The notes beneath the pieces are model-generated. The model did no database searches. It worked only from the letters and a program-made list of their open reading frames with translations, and was not told the origin of the DNA. A stretch of 64,000 nt of DNA, taken from NCBI RefSeq assembly GCF_963676685.1, contig NC_092353.1:37324001-37388000 (forward strand). Direction: 5' to 3'. This document shows positions 26,631-38,895 of this stretch, one piece after another. Within the stretch, counting starts at the first letter, position 1; each line of letters opens with the position of its first letter. This DNA is from Mytilus edulis (Eukaryota). The translations under genes and the position numbers were made by a program.

Positions 26631-29518
26631 GTACACCAGCATCTGTGTCGATTTTCAGCCGACTCTTTTAACATGAATTGCTCTTCAATGTACAATGCAG
26701 GGAAATTTGGATTTTGTTTTGATCTAATGTAATTTCTTTTTTTTATTTATCACATTCCTGCATTATCTAAAGAAAAGGTCTTGGATTTCATAGCATTAGA
26801 AATTCCCATCAACACAAATATTGAACTGACCCGATAAAGTTATTAGGGGTCCATTAACACAGTGATGATATCAAAAGAAGTTTAAATGACGTGGAAATAA
26901 TTTTGCATCCAGGGGACTGGAAACTCCTGAACACAAAAATGGAACTTTGGTTGGTGTTTAGGGCTCTTCATGCCAGCATTACAGTCTACTGACTTGTCAC
27001 GAAAAAAGAATGAAAAAGGTTTTAATGTTAAAGTCAATCGATTGGAAACATGGTAAACCGACCCTCACCAATATGCATGTTTGGCTGTGTCCAGCTTGTT
27101 TGTGAAATAGCAGCATACAATTCATTCATTATTTCAATATTATGGTAGATTCTATACCTTTTATTCTAAATTCTCTTTAAAAGTAGGTCAAATTTTATGT
27201 AGCAAAGCTTTACCGAGATACCATATTTACTTCTCCTGTAAAATTTAAACCTTGACATAATCAGATTTTGTAAAGATGCACCTATAGTTGAAGACTTGTT
27301 GTTGATCTTTAGATGTCTTACGGTTATTTGCACTGTTGGACTGCTGACTGATTGTAAAATATTCAATTTATTTTATTTATTTAATCTGTACTAAAACAAT
27401 TCATGCTTTGAGATGAAGAGAATTTTTTTTACTTGCTTGCATTAAGCATTTTAAAATGGATTGTAGAAGCAAAAGGTCAACATCTAATGACTACCGAGAC
27501 TATAATTAGAGAGAGAGAAAACGTAACTACACCACCTTAAACTATAAGATAGAGAGAAAATTTTACTTCACCTGTCACTTAACAAAATTGAAGGAAACTT
27601 GCTGTGATGGTCATTAGATCACTTGGTTTATCTTTAAGTTGCTATCCCTCTGAACTAATTGCTGATTAGATAAAGCCTATTGGAGAGACTACAGCTGATA
27701 TTAAAACTGCTAGTATAACGAATAATTGATTTGAAATAAGCATACTACTTTGTATGCACAATATTTAGTTTCATATTGCCAAAACCTAAGAAATTTTGTA
27801 CTATAATACAGTTGAAGAGCAGTTAATGTTATTTTTGACTTTCCTGTTTATGTGGCAAGCCTGGCTATTTATTTTCCTCTTGAAGTTTTTATTATTGCAG
27901 CATGTTTATCATATTGTATTCATTTTTATATCTTTGTCTCATTCATTTGCAAACAAGGGTTATCATAACCAGAAAAAAATTCTCTTTTCTAACAATTTTT
28001 GTAATGGCTTTGCTTTCTTGAAGGTTTTTATACTGTATTATATATAAATTTAGTTATTTCTCACCAAATTAACTACTGTATGTATATATATCATACTCTT
28101 GAATGTCATTAAAAGCCATAATCCATCTTTTTTCCCTGCACTAATAGATGCTATCTCTCAAATTTTCAAAGATATCATACTTATACTTATCTTCCAGAGA
28201 AGCCATTTGATTCGGTAAATATACCTTGCATTATTTTAGAAGCATTTCTGAGAAAGCCCATATCTAAAATGTCATGGAAATTATGACGGATCATGGTTAC
28301 TCTAAATATATTTTCTACAGAATATATTGATTTTAACTTCAAAAGTATTTATTAAAAATGTTTGCAGATGAATTTTATTTCACAAAATGTTTATATTTAC
28401 TATAGGCCAAGAACACTTTCATCATAGTAAAGAGCCCTGTTTAATAGTCAGTATAAGATTACAGGGGGTGATTCAGTTCCAAGAAATATTAAGGCTGGTT
28501 ACATTTTACTTTTGATGCTTATGATATTGGAAAAAGAACAAAAATGCCTGGATACATGTACTACTTTTTACACAATTAAAGGAACTAAATTTACCCTGTT
28601 TTCTTGGAAATTGGACAGATATTTCTCATGGTTTTAGAAAGTTGAAACCATGCCATTTGATGTAATTATATAAGTAAATGAAACAATGTACAGATAAATC
28701 TTCTATTCATGATTGACCTGTTTTTAAAATGTTTGAAAACAGGCATTCCCTGAATTACATTGTGTATCAGCAAAAATATTTTTCCTAGTCAAAATTTGTC
28801 GTTTAATTATATTAAAACTTATAAACAGGGCTCTTAGCAGTATTTTCAGCAGTTTTTTGAATGTATGAATGTAGCATGAATTTTTTATTTGCATCATGTT
28901 TTTGGCTTTGTTTTATTCTTGACGTTTTATTTTGAATGCATATAACAGAAGCAAATGGTCACATTTGTTTTAGAGCTACAGAGATTTGCTTTTGTTGTTG
29001 TTTATTATTTTTTGTTTACACCAGTTATAATTTGCATGTCCAGTTCAGCCTATTTTTATATTGTCAGATTATCACAGCTTCTTTTCACTAATATGCGTAT
29101 ATTACACTTCGTTTTGTACTGTTTATGTTAAATAATTGGTGTCTTCATATTTATACCCAATGTTTTCTTTACTTTTGAATTTCTTGTTATCTTCTTTTTT
29201 TCTTGGTTTCCTTCTTTTTCGTAGTGGAACTGCCTTAATTTTGTAAATTTTGGGAAACTTTGGATTTTTTCTAATTAGGCTCGAACAATATTTTATGACC
29301 AGTCAATAATAGCATGTGAATATACTTTTTTGGAAACAAAGGACTAAAAAATTGGAATTGTTTTCAAATTTTATGATTCTTGGATTTTTTTATAATTTTT
29401 GTAACTAATTTTTGTGATTTTTTAATGGACATTTTTTTCTCTTCAATTTTTTGCGTAGACCTATTAAAAAGAATAAAAGAATAAGAATGATTGAACAATT
29501 TGTTGATTTATTTTACAG

Positions 29519-29581
29519 GAGATGTTGCCAGTCTACAGAACTTACAGGGTCTGATGGCTCTAGCCAATGCTAACAATCCAG
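29519..29581 (+). CDS. CELF2: CELF1/2-like exon H (linker, symmetric 63 nt)
   Basis: ttttacAG / GTACAT; encodes (G)DVASLQNLQGLMALANANNP(G). Confidence 0.85.
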
Positions 29582-29597
29582 GTACATATTTATAAGA

Positions 29598-30152
29598 TGG
29601 GGTCCTCGGTAGCTGAGTGGTTTTACGTATTTTATCTACTGCATCAATGAAATTTATAATGGAAATTGGGAATATGTCAAAGAAACAACAACCCAACCAA
29701 AGAGCATACAACAGCCGAAGGCCACCAATGTGTCTTCCACACATTGAGAAAATCTTACACCTGAAGGTGGTCCTCAGCTGGCCCCTAAATAGTATTGTGT
29801 ACTAATTCAGTGGAAACCTATGTCACTCTAAACACAATAAACTCTAAAACATATAATAAACTCATACTAAAAAAAAACATATAAGAGTAACAATGGCCAG
29901 AGGCTCCTGACTAGAGACAGACGCGACTAGCCTCTCGATACTTGAGTTTGTAAACTTAAACCTTACATAACCTTACATACCGGTACAAGTAGTAGGTGAA
30001 AAGGTTCGATTTCAATCTTAATTTTCTATAATTACTCATTTTCCTGCTGATAGTCGGTGGTTCTCTATGGTCACTCCTTCCACTAATAACAGCTGGCCTC
30101 CATGATGTAGGCAATAGTGTTGAAATTGGTGTCTAACACAACAATCAATCAA
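29598..30152 (+). mobile_element. Decayed tRNA-derived SINE interrupted by a family-B repeat
   Basis: Head ggtagctgagtgg, body similar to 31088-31342, (AATC)n tail. Confidence 0.5.
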
Positions 30153-30547
30153 TGTATTATAAGACATACCTTCAAATGGTATCAATGATATGACACTAAA
30201 AAAAAAATTCCTGAGGGAAAAGAATTTTTAATAAATTTAATTATCCCTACTTATTTTAAAATACATTAACACATTAATCTTTATTATATAGATACAAGCA
30301 TTATTTTTCTTGTGTACCTATGGCTTTTCTGCAATTTCTACTATAGAATATGAAGCATTAGGAATTGTAAGCATCAATTAGGCATTGCTAAATAACAGTG
30401 CATCAAAACTAGATTTGAATATTACCATATGGTATACAAATACAAGCAGTTACACAAACTAGGTATGAAGTTTAGCATTATCGGAATATAACTTATTTTC
30501 AATGTTTTGTGGCTTAAAATGTTTAACATAATTTACAAAGGTCATAG

Positions 30548-30637
30548 TTGAATTTCTGAATTATTCCATAGAATAATCAAATCTTTAAAGGCTTGAATTT
30601 CTGAATTATTCCATAGAATAATCAAATCTTTAAAGGC
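30548..30637. repeat. Perfect 45-bp tandem duplication
   Basis: ttgaatttctgaattattccatagaataatcaaatctttaaaggc occurs twice. Confidence 0.95.
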
Positions 30638-30686
30638 TTTATAACTAAGACAAGTTGTATTAATTTTTAATTTTGTACAATTTCAG

Positions 30687-30755
30687 GTGCTTTGAATGCA
30701 TTAGGTATACAGAGCCTGTCAGGATTGAGTGGTAATGGTATGTCTAATAGCACAG
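30687..30755 (+). CDS. CELF2: CELF1/2-like exon I (linker, symmetric 69 nt)
   Basis: tttcAG / GTGAGT; encodes (G)ALNALGIQSLSGLSGNGMSNST(G). Confidence 0.87.
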
Positions 30756-31087
30756 GTGAGTTTATGCTTTTTATGTTAATACAACAGATGTGTCCACTTA
30801 TCTGATTTTCTGTCCTTTTCAAGTGTCATGCATTTATTAAGTTGTTGTAGAATAGGGCAGCCTTCAATTTTCGTTCACCTGGCCCAAAATGATATACTAC
30901 TTCTTTAATGTTGGTTCTTCCTGAATATGCATGAAATACTTGCCACTTAATGTTGAGCTACTAACAACCAGCCAGATTATTGATGCAGAGTGGCATAAGT
31001 TGAAAAAGCAATATGAATCGGGTAGGCCGCAGGCAGCACAGGATTTTTATAGCCTTTAGTTTATAAGGTCTTCTCCAAATTTGTAAG

Positions 31088-31342
31088 GTGGCCTTAGAGG
31101 CAAAGTGGTCTAAGTAGTTCTACTACTGTAATCTCTAGCCAGTCAACACTGAGGCTGTGAGTTTGAACCCCGCCTGTGAGGGTGCACTCAACTCCAATGT
31201 TAATTGTCAGTTTTCCTATCAAAGGTCAGTGATTTTCTCTGGCCTTCCCGCTTCTTCCACCAATAAAAAATGGCCGCCACTTAATAAATAGCCCAAAAGG
31301 GGTGCTTAAAAGTGGCATTTAAACACTTAAAATCAAATCAAA
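31088..31342 (+). mobile_element. tRNA-derived SINE (V-domain-like core)
   Basis: A-box-like agtggtctaag, B-box-like gagtttgaaccc, pyrimidine core ttttctctggccttcccgcttcttccacc, tail aaatcaaatcaaat. Confidence 0.6.
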
Positions 31343-33704
31343 TTTGTAAGGTTTCCACTCATTTATAACAAATTAATATGGTAACAGATTGTTTAAACAA
31401 TGATAAAAAATGGGGGCCATTATTTGGACGTGGACTTACTTTTAAGTGGCAGTGTGGGTATATGACTTTGCTCTCCAAAGGTTCTTTAATTTCTTTGCTA
31501 TCAACATTAATCAGTTGGGTCAGGCAGCATACTAAGATTTAACAAGACTTAGTCTTGCCAACAACAAAGTCATTAAGTAGAAAAGCTGGTGTGCTGTTAA
31601 TGATAATTAAGTCCTCTGAAAGAGAGGCACAAATAAGAATTCATACTTTCAAAATAACCTACAGGCGAGATAAATCTCTGTCAACAGTTTGATAAACTGG
31701 TCACTTCAAAAAGGTCTTATAAGGATATGTTTGTCTTAGAAGGTAGTGCAAAAGGGAAAAACTAAAATTGATCATCTTAATAATTGGGAGTTGGATAATC
31801 TTTTTATAATCAGTGTAATATATTTCATTTTAAATTGAACTCGCATGTTTGTCATGAATGACCTAAAAAGATACGTTTATTTATCACTAACACAAGATTT
31901 ACTTTTAAAGATGAACAAATAAATATATGAGCATATTAACTAACTCATGACTCGATACATTGATTATCTAAAACAAAATTATCAGCATCATTTAGCTTTA
32001 ACAGGGAGATCATTGATCATCTAAGATAATCCTTACAATGGAAGCCACAAATTGTATAATATGTCAAATTTAACAAAAACGGTATTGATTGAAAAGTATT
32101 GTTGTTTAATGTTAGGTATTAACAATAGAGGAAACAACTTAGGTGAGATAGCTAAATATAGTAGCTCCGTAGTCTATATTGTAATATGTTGTCATGGTAA
32201 CATAAAAAGAGATATTGCTGAAAGAAAGGATTTCCAAGTGCAAAGTTATAAAATACGATCTAATATTTTATAGAATAAACTGGTATTTCATGTAAAACAT
32301 AAAACTTGTTATTGCTGGATCAAGTAGTATAAAAAAATGACAAAACTATGTTCCAAATTTTGAAAATGTTTGTTTGTTTGGCATTGTGCATTGTTTTGGT
32401 GTAGTTCAGTGTAGTTATTTTAATCCAGGTATTTGATTTTGCATCAACTTTAAGGATTTTTACCAAACATTTTCTACTGAAAAGGAATAGAGCATGCTTT
32501 TGTAATGGAATTATTTTTTGACCCACAAGTGGGGAAAGGACACCAGATTATAATGAACACTATTTCTAATAAGTGTGTCATGATAAACATTAGCTACATT
32601 TTTTCAAGCTTTTTACTTTAGAAGAATTATAATCGATTTATAAATAAAAATATTTTGGTGAAATTTCTATGGCTGCAAATGATATATGGAACAATTAAAA
32701 GAAATGGTTAATTTTACATACAAGATTGTTGGATTTAGAAATAATGCCAATTATAATATTCCTGAATGTGTGAAGTCTGAAAGATGAGATCAATTACAAA
32801 AAAAATTAAGAAAAAATGTAAAGAAGGTCAGAATTCACTTATGTAATGAAAGGTTGGGTTCTATGGACTTCTGCTCCCTTCTATAGATAGATCTTTAGGC
32901 CATTAAATTATTCTTAAATTGTACTTGAGAGAACAAATACAGTTAATTTGATTATGATAAACATTCACTTTCCTATCTAGCTTTTGGACACAGACCAAAT
33001 GGAAATATAGGTGAGACTTGGCTTGAGGTTTAATTAAATAATAAAAAAACCAGCACTTAACATTGGTATTTTACACTCCTGTTTTGACAATTTCACTTGT
33101 TCATACACTGGATATTGCTTTTAACTGGTACCTAATGGATCGCCCATTGGAACAGTGCAATAACTTGACTGGTTTCCAGTTAACTGCACCACAGGTTAAA
33201 TTGAAACTGGATCCTTGTTGCATTATTTTGTTGTTGGAGTGAATGATACAAAAAGATGCCAGTTAGCTGCAATATTTTATTACATTGTTCTTCTTGAAAC
33301 GTTGTTATTTGTAAAATTTGAAAACTGAAATCACAAGTAGTTTAATTACTTTCGTATGTAATTTAAAAATAGAAAAATGTATTACAATTTGCAGTGACAC
33401 ATTTGGGTAGAGATATTATTGCTTGATTTTATTTATTTTTTGGCTGTTGTCTGCTCTTTGGTCCGGTTGATATCTCTTTGACATATTCCCCATTTCAATT
33501 CTCAACTTTATTAAAACATTTATTAGTATCTATGCAAAATGGAATAGGTGTTTGTCCTCACAAAATTACAAGCACATTCTATTTTTTATATATATGTTTT
33601 TTTGTTACAAAGATTTAAATTTTTGAAGAGGTACAATAATTATTATGACTTAAAATTGAATCAAATTTTCTTAACTCCTTTAAATTATGGGCATTATTTC
33701 ATGA

Positions 33705-36000
33705 TTTTTATACGACCGCAAAATTTGAAAATTTTTCGTCATATATTGCTATCACGTTGGCGTCTGCGTCGTCGTCGTCGTCCGGCGTCCGAATACTTTT
33801 AGTTTTCGCACTCTAACTTTAGTAAAAGTGAATGGAAATCTATGAAATTTTAACACAAGGTTTATGACCACAAAAGGAAGGTTGGTATTGATTTTGGGAG
33901 TTTTGGTCCTAACATTTTAGGAATTAGGGGCCAAAAAGGGCCCAAATAAGCATTTTCTTGGTTTTCGCACTATAACTTTAGTTTAAGTTAATAGAAATCT
34001 ATGAAATTTTGACACAAGGTTTATGACCACAAAAGAACGGTTGGGATTGATTTTGGGAGTTTAGGTTTCAACAGTTTAGGAATTAGGGGCCAAAAAAGGG
34101 CCCAAATAAGCATTATTCTTGGTTTTCGCACAATAACTTTAGTTTAAGTAAATAGAAATCAATGAAATTTAAACACAATGTTAATGACTACAAAAGGAAG
34201 GTTGGTATTGATTTTGGGAGTTAAGGTCCCAACAGTTTAGGAATTGGGGGCCAAAAAGGGACCCAAATAAGCATTTTTCTTGGTTTTCGCACCATAACGT
34301 TAGTATAAGTAAATAGAAATCTATGAAATTTAAACACAAGGTTTATGACCATAAAAGGAAGGTTGGTATTGATTTTGGGAGTTTTGGTCCCAACAGAATA
34401 AGGGGCCCAAAGGGTCCAAAATTAAACTTTGTTTGATTTCATCACAATTGAATAATTGGGGTTCTTTGATATGCCGAATCTAACTGTCATGACTGTGTAT
34501 GTAGATTCTTAACTTTTGGTCCCGTTTTCAAATTGGTCTACATTAAGGTCCAAAGGGTCCAAAATTAAACTTAGTTTGATTTTGACAAAAAATGAATCAG
34601 TTAGGTTCTTTGATATGCTGAATCTAAAAATGTACTTAGATTCTTGATTATTGGCCCAGTTTTCAAGTTGGTCCAAATCGGGGTCCAAAATTAAACTTTG
34701 TTTGATTTCATCAAAAATTGAATAAATGGGGTTCTTTGATATACCAAATCTAACTGTGTATGTAGATTCTTCTTTTTTGGTCCTGTTTTCAAATTGGTCT
34801 ACACTAAAGTCCAAAGGGTCCAAAATTAAACTTAGTTTACTTAAACAAAAATTGAAATCTTGGGGTTCTTTGATATGCTGAATCCAAAAATGTACTTAGA
34901 TTTTTTATTATGGGCCCAGTTTTCAAGTTGGTCCAAATCAGGATCTAAAATTATTATATTAAGTATTGTGCAATAGCAAGTCTTTTCAATTGCACAGTAT
35001 TGCGCAATGGCAAGAAATATCTAATTGCACAATATTGTGAAATAGCAAATTTTTTTTAATTAGAGTTATCTTTCTTTGTCCAGAATAGTAAGCAAGAAAT
35101 ATCTAATTGCAAAATATTGTGCAATAGCAAGATTTTTTTTAATTGGAGTTATCTTTCTTTGTCCAGAATCAACTTAAATCTTTGTTATATACAATATACA
35201 ATGTATATTCACTTTTTACTACCAACTGATAAATTATAATAAATAACATTCAGTGATAACAAGCAGTTTTTTTTACATCTTAATATTTTATGATGTATTT
35301 AAATGAGTAGTTATTGTTGCAAACTCCATTAGAAATTTTAATTGAGATTAGTTTTGGAATAAGGGAAAGGGGGATGTGATTAAAAAAATTGGGTTCAATT
35401 TTTCTCATTTGAAATTTCATAAATAAAAAAGAAAATTTCTTCAAACATTTTTATGCCCCACCTACGATAGTAGAGGGGCATTATGCTGTCTGTCCGTCCG
35501 TCTGTCCGTTCGTTCGTCCGTCTGTCCGTTCGTTCGTCCGTCTGTTCGTCCGTCCGTCTGTCCCGCTTCAGGTTAAAGTTTTTGGTCAAGGTAGTTTTTT
35601 ATGAAGTTTAAGTCCAATCGACTTCAAACTTAGTACACATGTCCCCTATGATATGATCTTTCTAATTTTAATGCCAAATTAGAGTTTTTACCCCAATTTC
35701 ACGGTCCACTGAACATGGAAAATGATAGTGCGAGTGGGGCATTCGTGTACTGAGGACACATTCTTGTTTTGAGAGGATTAATATTCAACAGCATAGTGAA
35801 TTGCTCTAAGAGAAAACAAAAATTTTAAGTTCATTAGAACACATTCATTCTGTGTCAGAAACCTATGCTGTGTCAACTATTTAATCACAATCCAAATTTA
35901 GAGCTGAATCCAGCTTGAATGTTGTGTCCATACTTGCCCCAACCGTTCAGGGTTCAACCTCTGCGGTCGTATAAAGCTATGCCCTGCGGAGCATCTGGTT
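33705..36000 (+). mobile_element. Large Helentron-derived (HINE/DINE-like) element with internal tandem arrays
   Basis: Sub-TIR TTTATACGACCGCA / TGCGGTCGTATAAA, (GTC)n microsatellite, ~160-bp units (33802, 33961, 34122, 34283), ~130-bp alternating units (34412-34940), and a 3' end ...atctggTT. Confidence 0.85.
35449..35768 (+). mobile_element. Short HINE-like element nested in the large one
   Basis: Sub-TIR ATGCCCCAC / GTGGGGCAT, (GTCC/GTTC)n microsatellite, inserted in a T run. Confidence 0.85.
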
Positions 36001-36192
36001 ATAATAATTTTGCTGTACCGAAATTTCAGGAATTAGATTAAAAACTTCATGTTTGATACTGTATTATTTAGTTTGAAATGCCATAGATTGATTGGAAAAG
36101 AAATGTTGGGATTGAACTCAGTGAAAATGTGAACATCAATATGTAAATTTCATTAAAAATTATTATTATTTTCTAATTATTTTTTTTTGCAG

Positions 36193-36399
36193 GATCATTG
36201 ACAGGTACTACTACAACATCATCATTGCCTGGCCTTGCCGCTAATTTACAGAGTCTGGGCAACAACAACATTAGTGCTACACATTTACAGAATGCTGTTA
36301 ATGGCCTTGGTTCCACAAACCATTCAGGGATGGATACCATTAGCCAGGCTTACACAGGGATACAACAATATGCAGGTTTGTGTGGTTTACTCAGCCCAG
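36193..36399 (+). CDS. CELF2: CELF1/2-like exon J (linker); alternative end at 36375
   Basis: ttttttgcAG acceptor; contains GMDTISQAYTGIQQYA, resembling the CELF1/2 DALTQAYSGIQQYA motif. In-frame donors at 36376 (GTTTGT) and 36400 (GTAAAG). Confidence 0.9.
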
Positions 36400-36715
36400 G
36401 TAAAGGTTCGTTCATTTTACCGCCAATTTCTCAGGTGTGACGGCTATAGGTGTTGCTTATCATATAGTAACTATGCTACCATTCTGCACATGAGTCTAAC
36501 CAATTATTTTTTTGTCAGCTATTGCTGTTTGAAGTAAGGTTCATGATTAAATCTATTCTACTTTTTAATAAAATATTGGAACAAAAGATTTTACAATTCT
36601 GATATAAGAATAATTGGTTACTCATAAATATTTTGTTTTGTCACTTTCAAGGTGAGAGATGTTATTGTTTGCTAGGAAGATATACAGTTTGCACTAACAT
36701 TGAATTTAGATAAGG

Positions 36716-36853
36716 GGTCATATTGATATACAACACTTACACTGAATTTAAAATAAAGGTCATATATATTGAGATACAACACTTACACTGAATTTAAAAG
36801 AAAGGTCATATATATTGAGATATAACACTAACACGGAATTAAAATTAGAGGTC
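36716..36853. repeat. Short tandem array, ~45-bp unit x3
   Basis: ggtcatat..tgagatacaacacttacactgaatttaaaa repeated. Confidence 0.8.
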
Positions 36854-37806
36854 ACAGATGTGAAACTCAAGGTTGAAAGAAATAATTCTGTTTTCTCAAG
36901 AAAATCATGAGCTGCATCTGCAAGTGCACATAAACATGTACATGCACAAGACTTTGATTGAATTTGGAACTTTCAAATACGAAATTAAAGATGAATTTTG
37001 GTCTGTTTGTAGGATTTTTATAACAACTTTATTTTCAAACTGATACTATTTTTGAGATTTTTTCAACATGATTTTGGTTTAAAGATGTATTAATATTATT
37101 TTTTTTACAGTCAATTTGTATCACACCCAGCTAATATTAAACACACATCTTTCTGAACATCCTTAGAAGAGATGATGTTTTAAGGCATTGTAAACCAGGT
37201 TTAATCCACTATATTCTTCAAAAGGAAATGCCTGTACAAATTGAGGAATGTGGCAGTTTGTTTTGTTTGATGTGTTTTAGCTTTAGATTTTGCCTCTGAC
37301 AAAGGTCTTTCCGTTTTAAACTTTCTTTGTCCTTGGAAATGATAAAGATAAGTTATAGTGTATAGCTTTTAACACCAGTCATTATTAAACTTAAACAGAA
37401 GATATTTATATATTTGTATTTATCATTATAAACAGTTATGTATGCTTTATATTCTTAATCATAATAATGAGCAGTATAAATATCATGTGATCATAACAGT
37501 TAAAATCTATATATTGTCTGTGTACAGTGTTTCTCAGATAAATGTCTAAACAAGACTTGCATCCAAAATCTTTAGAATTGAAAAAAAAGGTACAGATTAA
37601 ATAGAAGAGACTAAAACATGTGTAAAATTTAAAAAGAAACATTCTCCTAAATTCTGTTTTATGTTTAGGTACTGAATAAAACTGTTTTCTGCTCTATGTT
37701 TGGGATGTTGTCTCTTTGACACATTCCCCATTTCCTTTCTCTATTTTATGAAGTTATATCAAAGTGTGATCAGATGTATTAACAGACTTATTTTCTCTTT
37801 TTACAG

Positions 37807-37881
37807 CAGCTTTCCCAAATTCATTCAATACAACAACAGCACAGATCCAACAGAATTCTGCAGCTGGTAAACAATCAGAGG
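37807..37881 (+). CDS. CELF2: CELF1/2-like exon K (pre-RRM3)
   Basis: CAGCAG acceptor, GTAAGG donor; encodes (A)AFPNSFNTTTAQIQQNSAAGKQSE(G). Confidence 0.92.
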
Positions 37882-37885
37882 GTAA

Positions 37886-38101
37886 GGGCTGTTCCATTAA
37901 AACATACATTGGGGTTATGGGCTGTTCCATTGAAACATATGTATGGGACCTATGTAGGCAACTTTCATTGGCCCCATTGGTTGGCTACGAAATATGTTAC
38001 ATCATTTAAGTTAATGCTGTTTTTCAAGGCTTCTATGGGTGGTTACTCTTAATTTCAAAGAACCTTATATGGGTACCATGTATGTTTTAATGGAAGAGCC
38101 C
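37886..38101. mobile_element. PIF/Harbinger-type MITE inserted in a splice donor
   Basis: 24-bp TIR GGGCTGTTCCATTAAAACATACAT / ATGTATGTTTTAATGGAAGAGCCC (1 mismatch); TAA TSD at 37883-37885 and 38102-38104. Confidence 0.88.
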
Positions 38102-38751
38102 TAAGTGAAATACTGTAAAAGCAAACATTTGCTGTTGGCTTGCATTTTTATTTCTCAGACTTATGATATAAATACTTCATACAAAACTGGTGTATCTGTC
38201 TGATATTTGGTCAGGATTGTCAGGTCTCTCACCACCTGTTTTCCAATCACTACAAAATCTATTTCACACATAAATCCAAATGTTTTTAAGCCTACAGAAA
38301 TTATAATTTCTAGAGTAGGTGCTTATTAGTAGTTGCTTTCTTTTACTTCAGTTGGTCTCTGGAAGAGAGTTGGCAATCATGCTATATTACTTATTTTTAT
38401 AAAGCCTGTAATTTTGAGATTTGTTTGGATAGCAATCCACAGTAGTAGCTATACATATTTAATGATAAAATGACACCCCCAAAAGTTCTATTGGAACAGG
38501 ATATTTTACTATAGACAGATGATGAATCTATCAATCATGGGCCCATGAAGGGCATTGCTGCATTTACAGAATTATAATTGCTTTTAAAAAACAATAAACA
38601 AGTCATGAAAACATTAATTTTAAGTTGACTAATTGACAAAAAAAACCAACATAGAAAAATCTTGTATTATATGGTACTAAATGTTTAGATGGTAGAATTT
38701 TAAGTAAAAATTGTGTTTAAACTGGTATTTAAGTTTGTGTTATATTTGCAG

Positions 38752-38895
38752 GACCTGAAGGAGCCAACTTATTCATCTATCATTTACCACAAGAATTTAC
38801 AGACAGTGATTTAATACAAACATTTTCTCCTTTTGGGAGTGTAATCTCTGCTAAAGTGTTTATTGATAAACAGACAAATCTCAGCAAATGTTTTG
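38752..38895 (+). CDS. CELF2: CELF1/2-like exon L (RRM3 N-half)
   Basis: Encodes (G)[47 protein letters not shown](G). The EGANL and DKQTNLSK motifs favour CELF1/2 over CELF3-6. Confidence 0.97.

Noticed and set aside
28148-28214. Possible extra linker exon
   Set aside because: Candidate AG/GT pairs give 67 or 17 nt, which shift the frame, and composition is intron-like.
31088-31175. tRNA gene
   Set aside because: A/B-box-like motifs are present, but there is no intact cloverleaf and a SINE body and tail follow.
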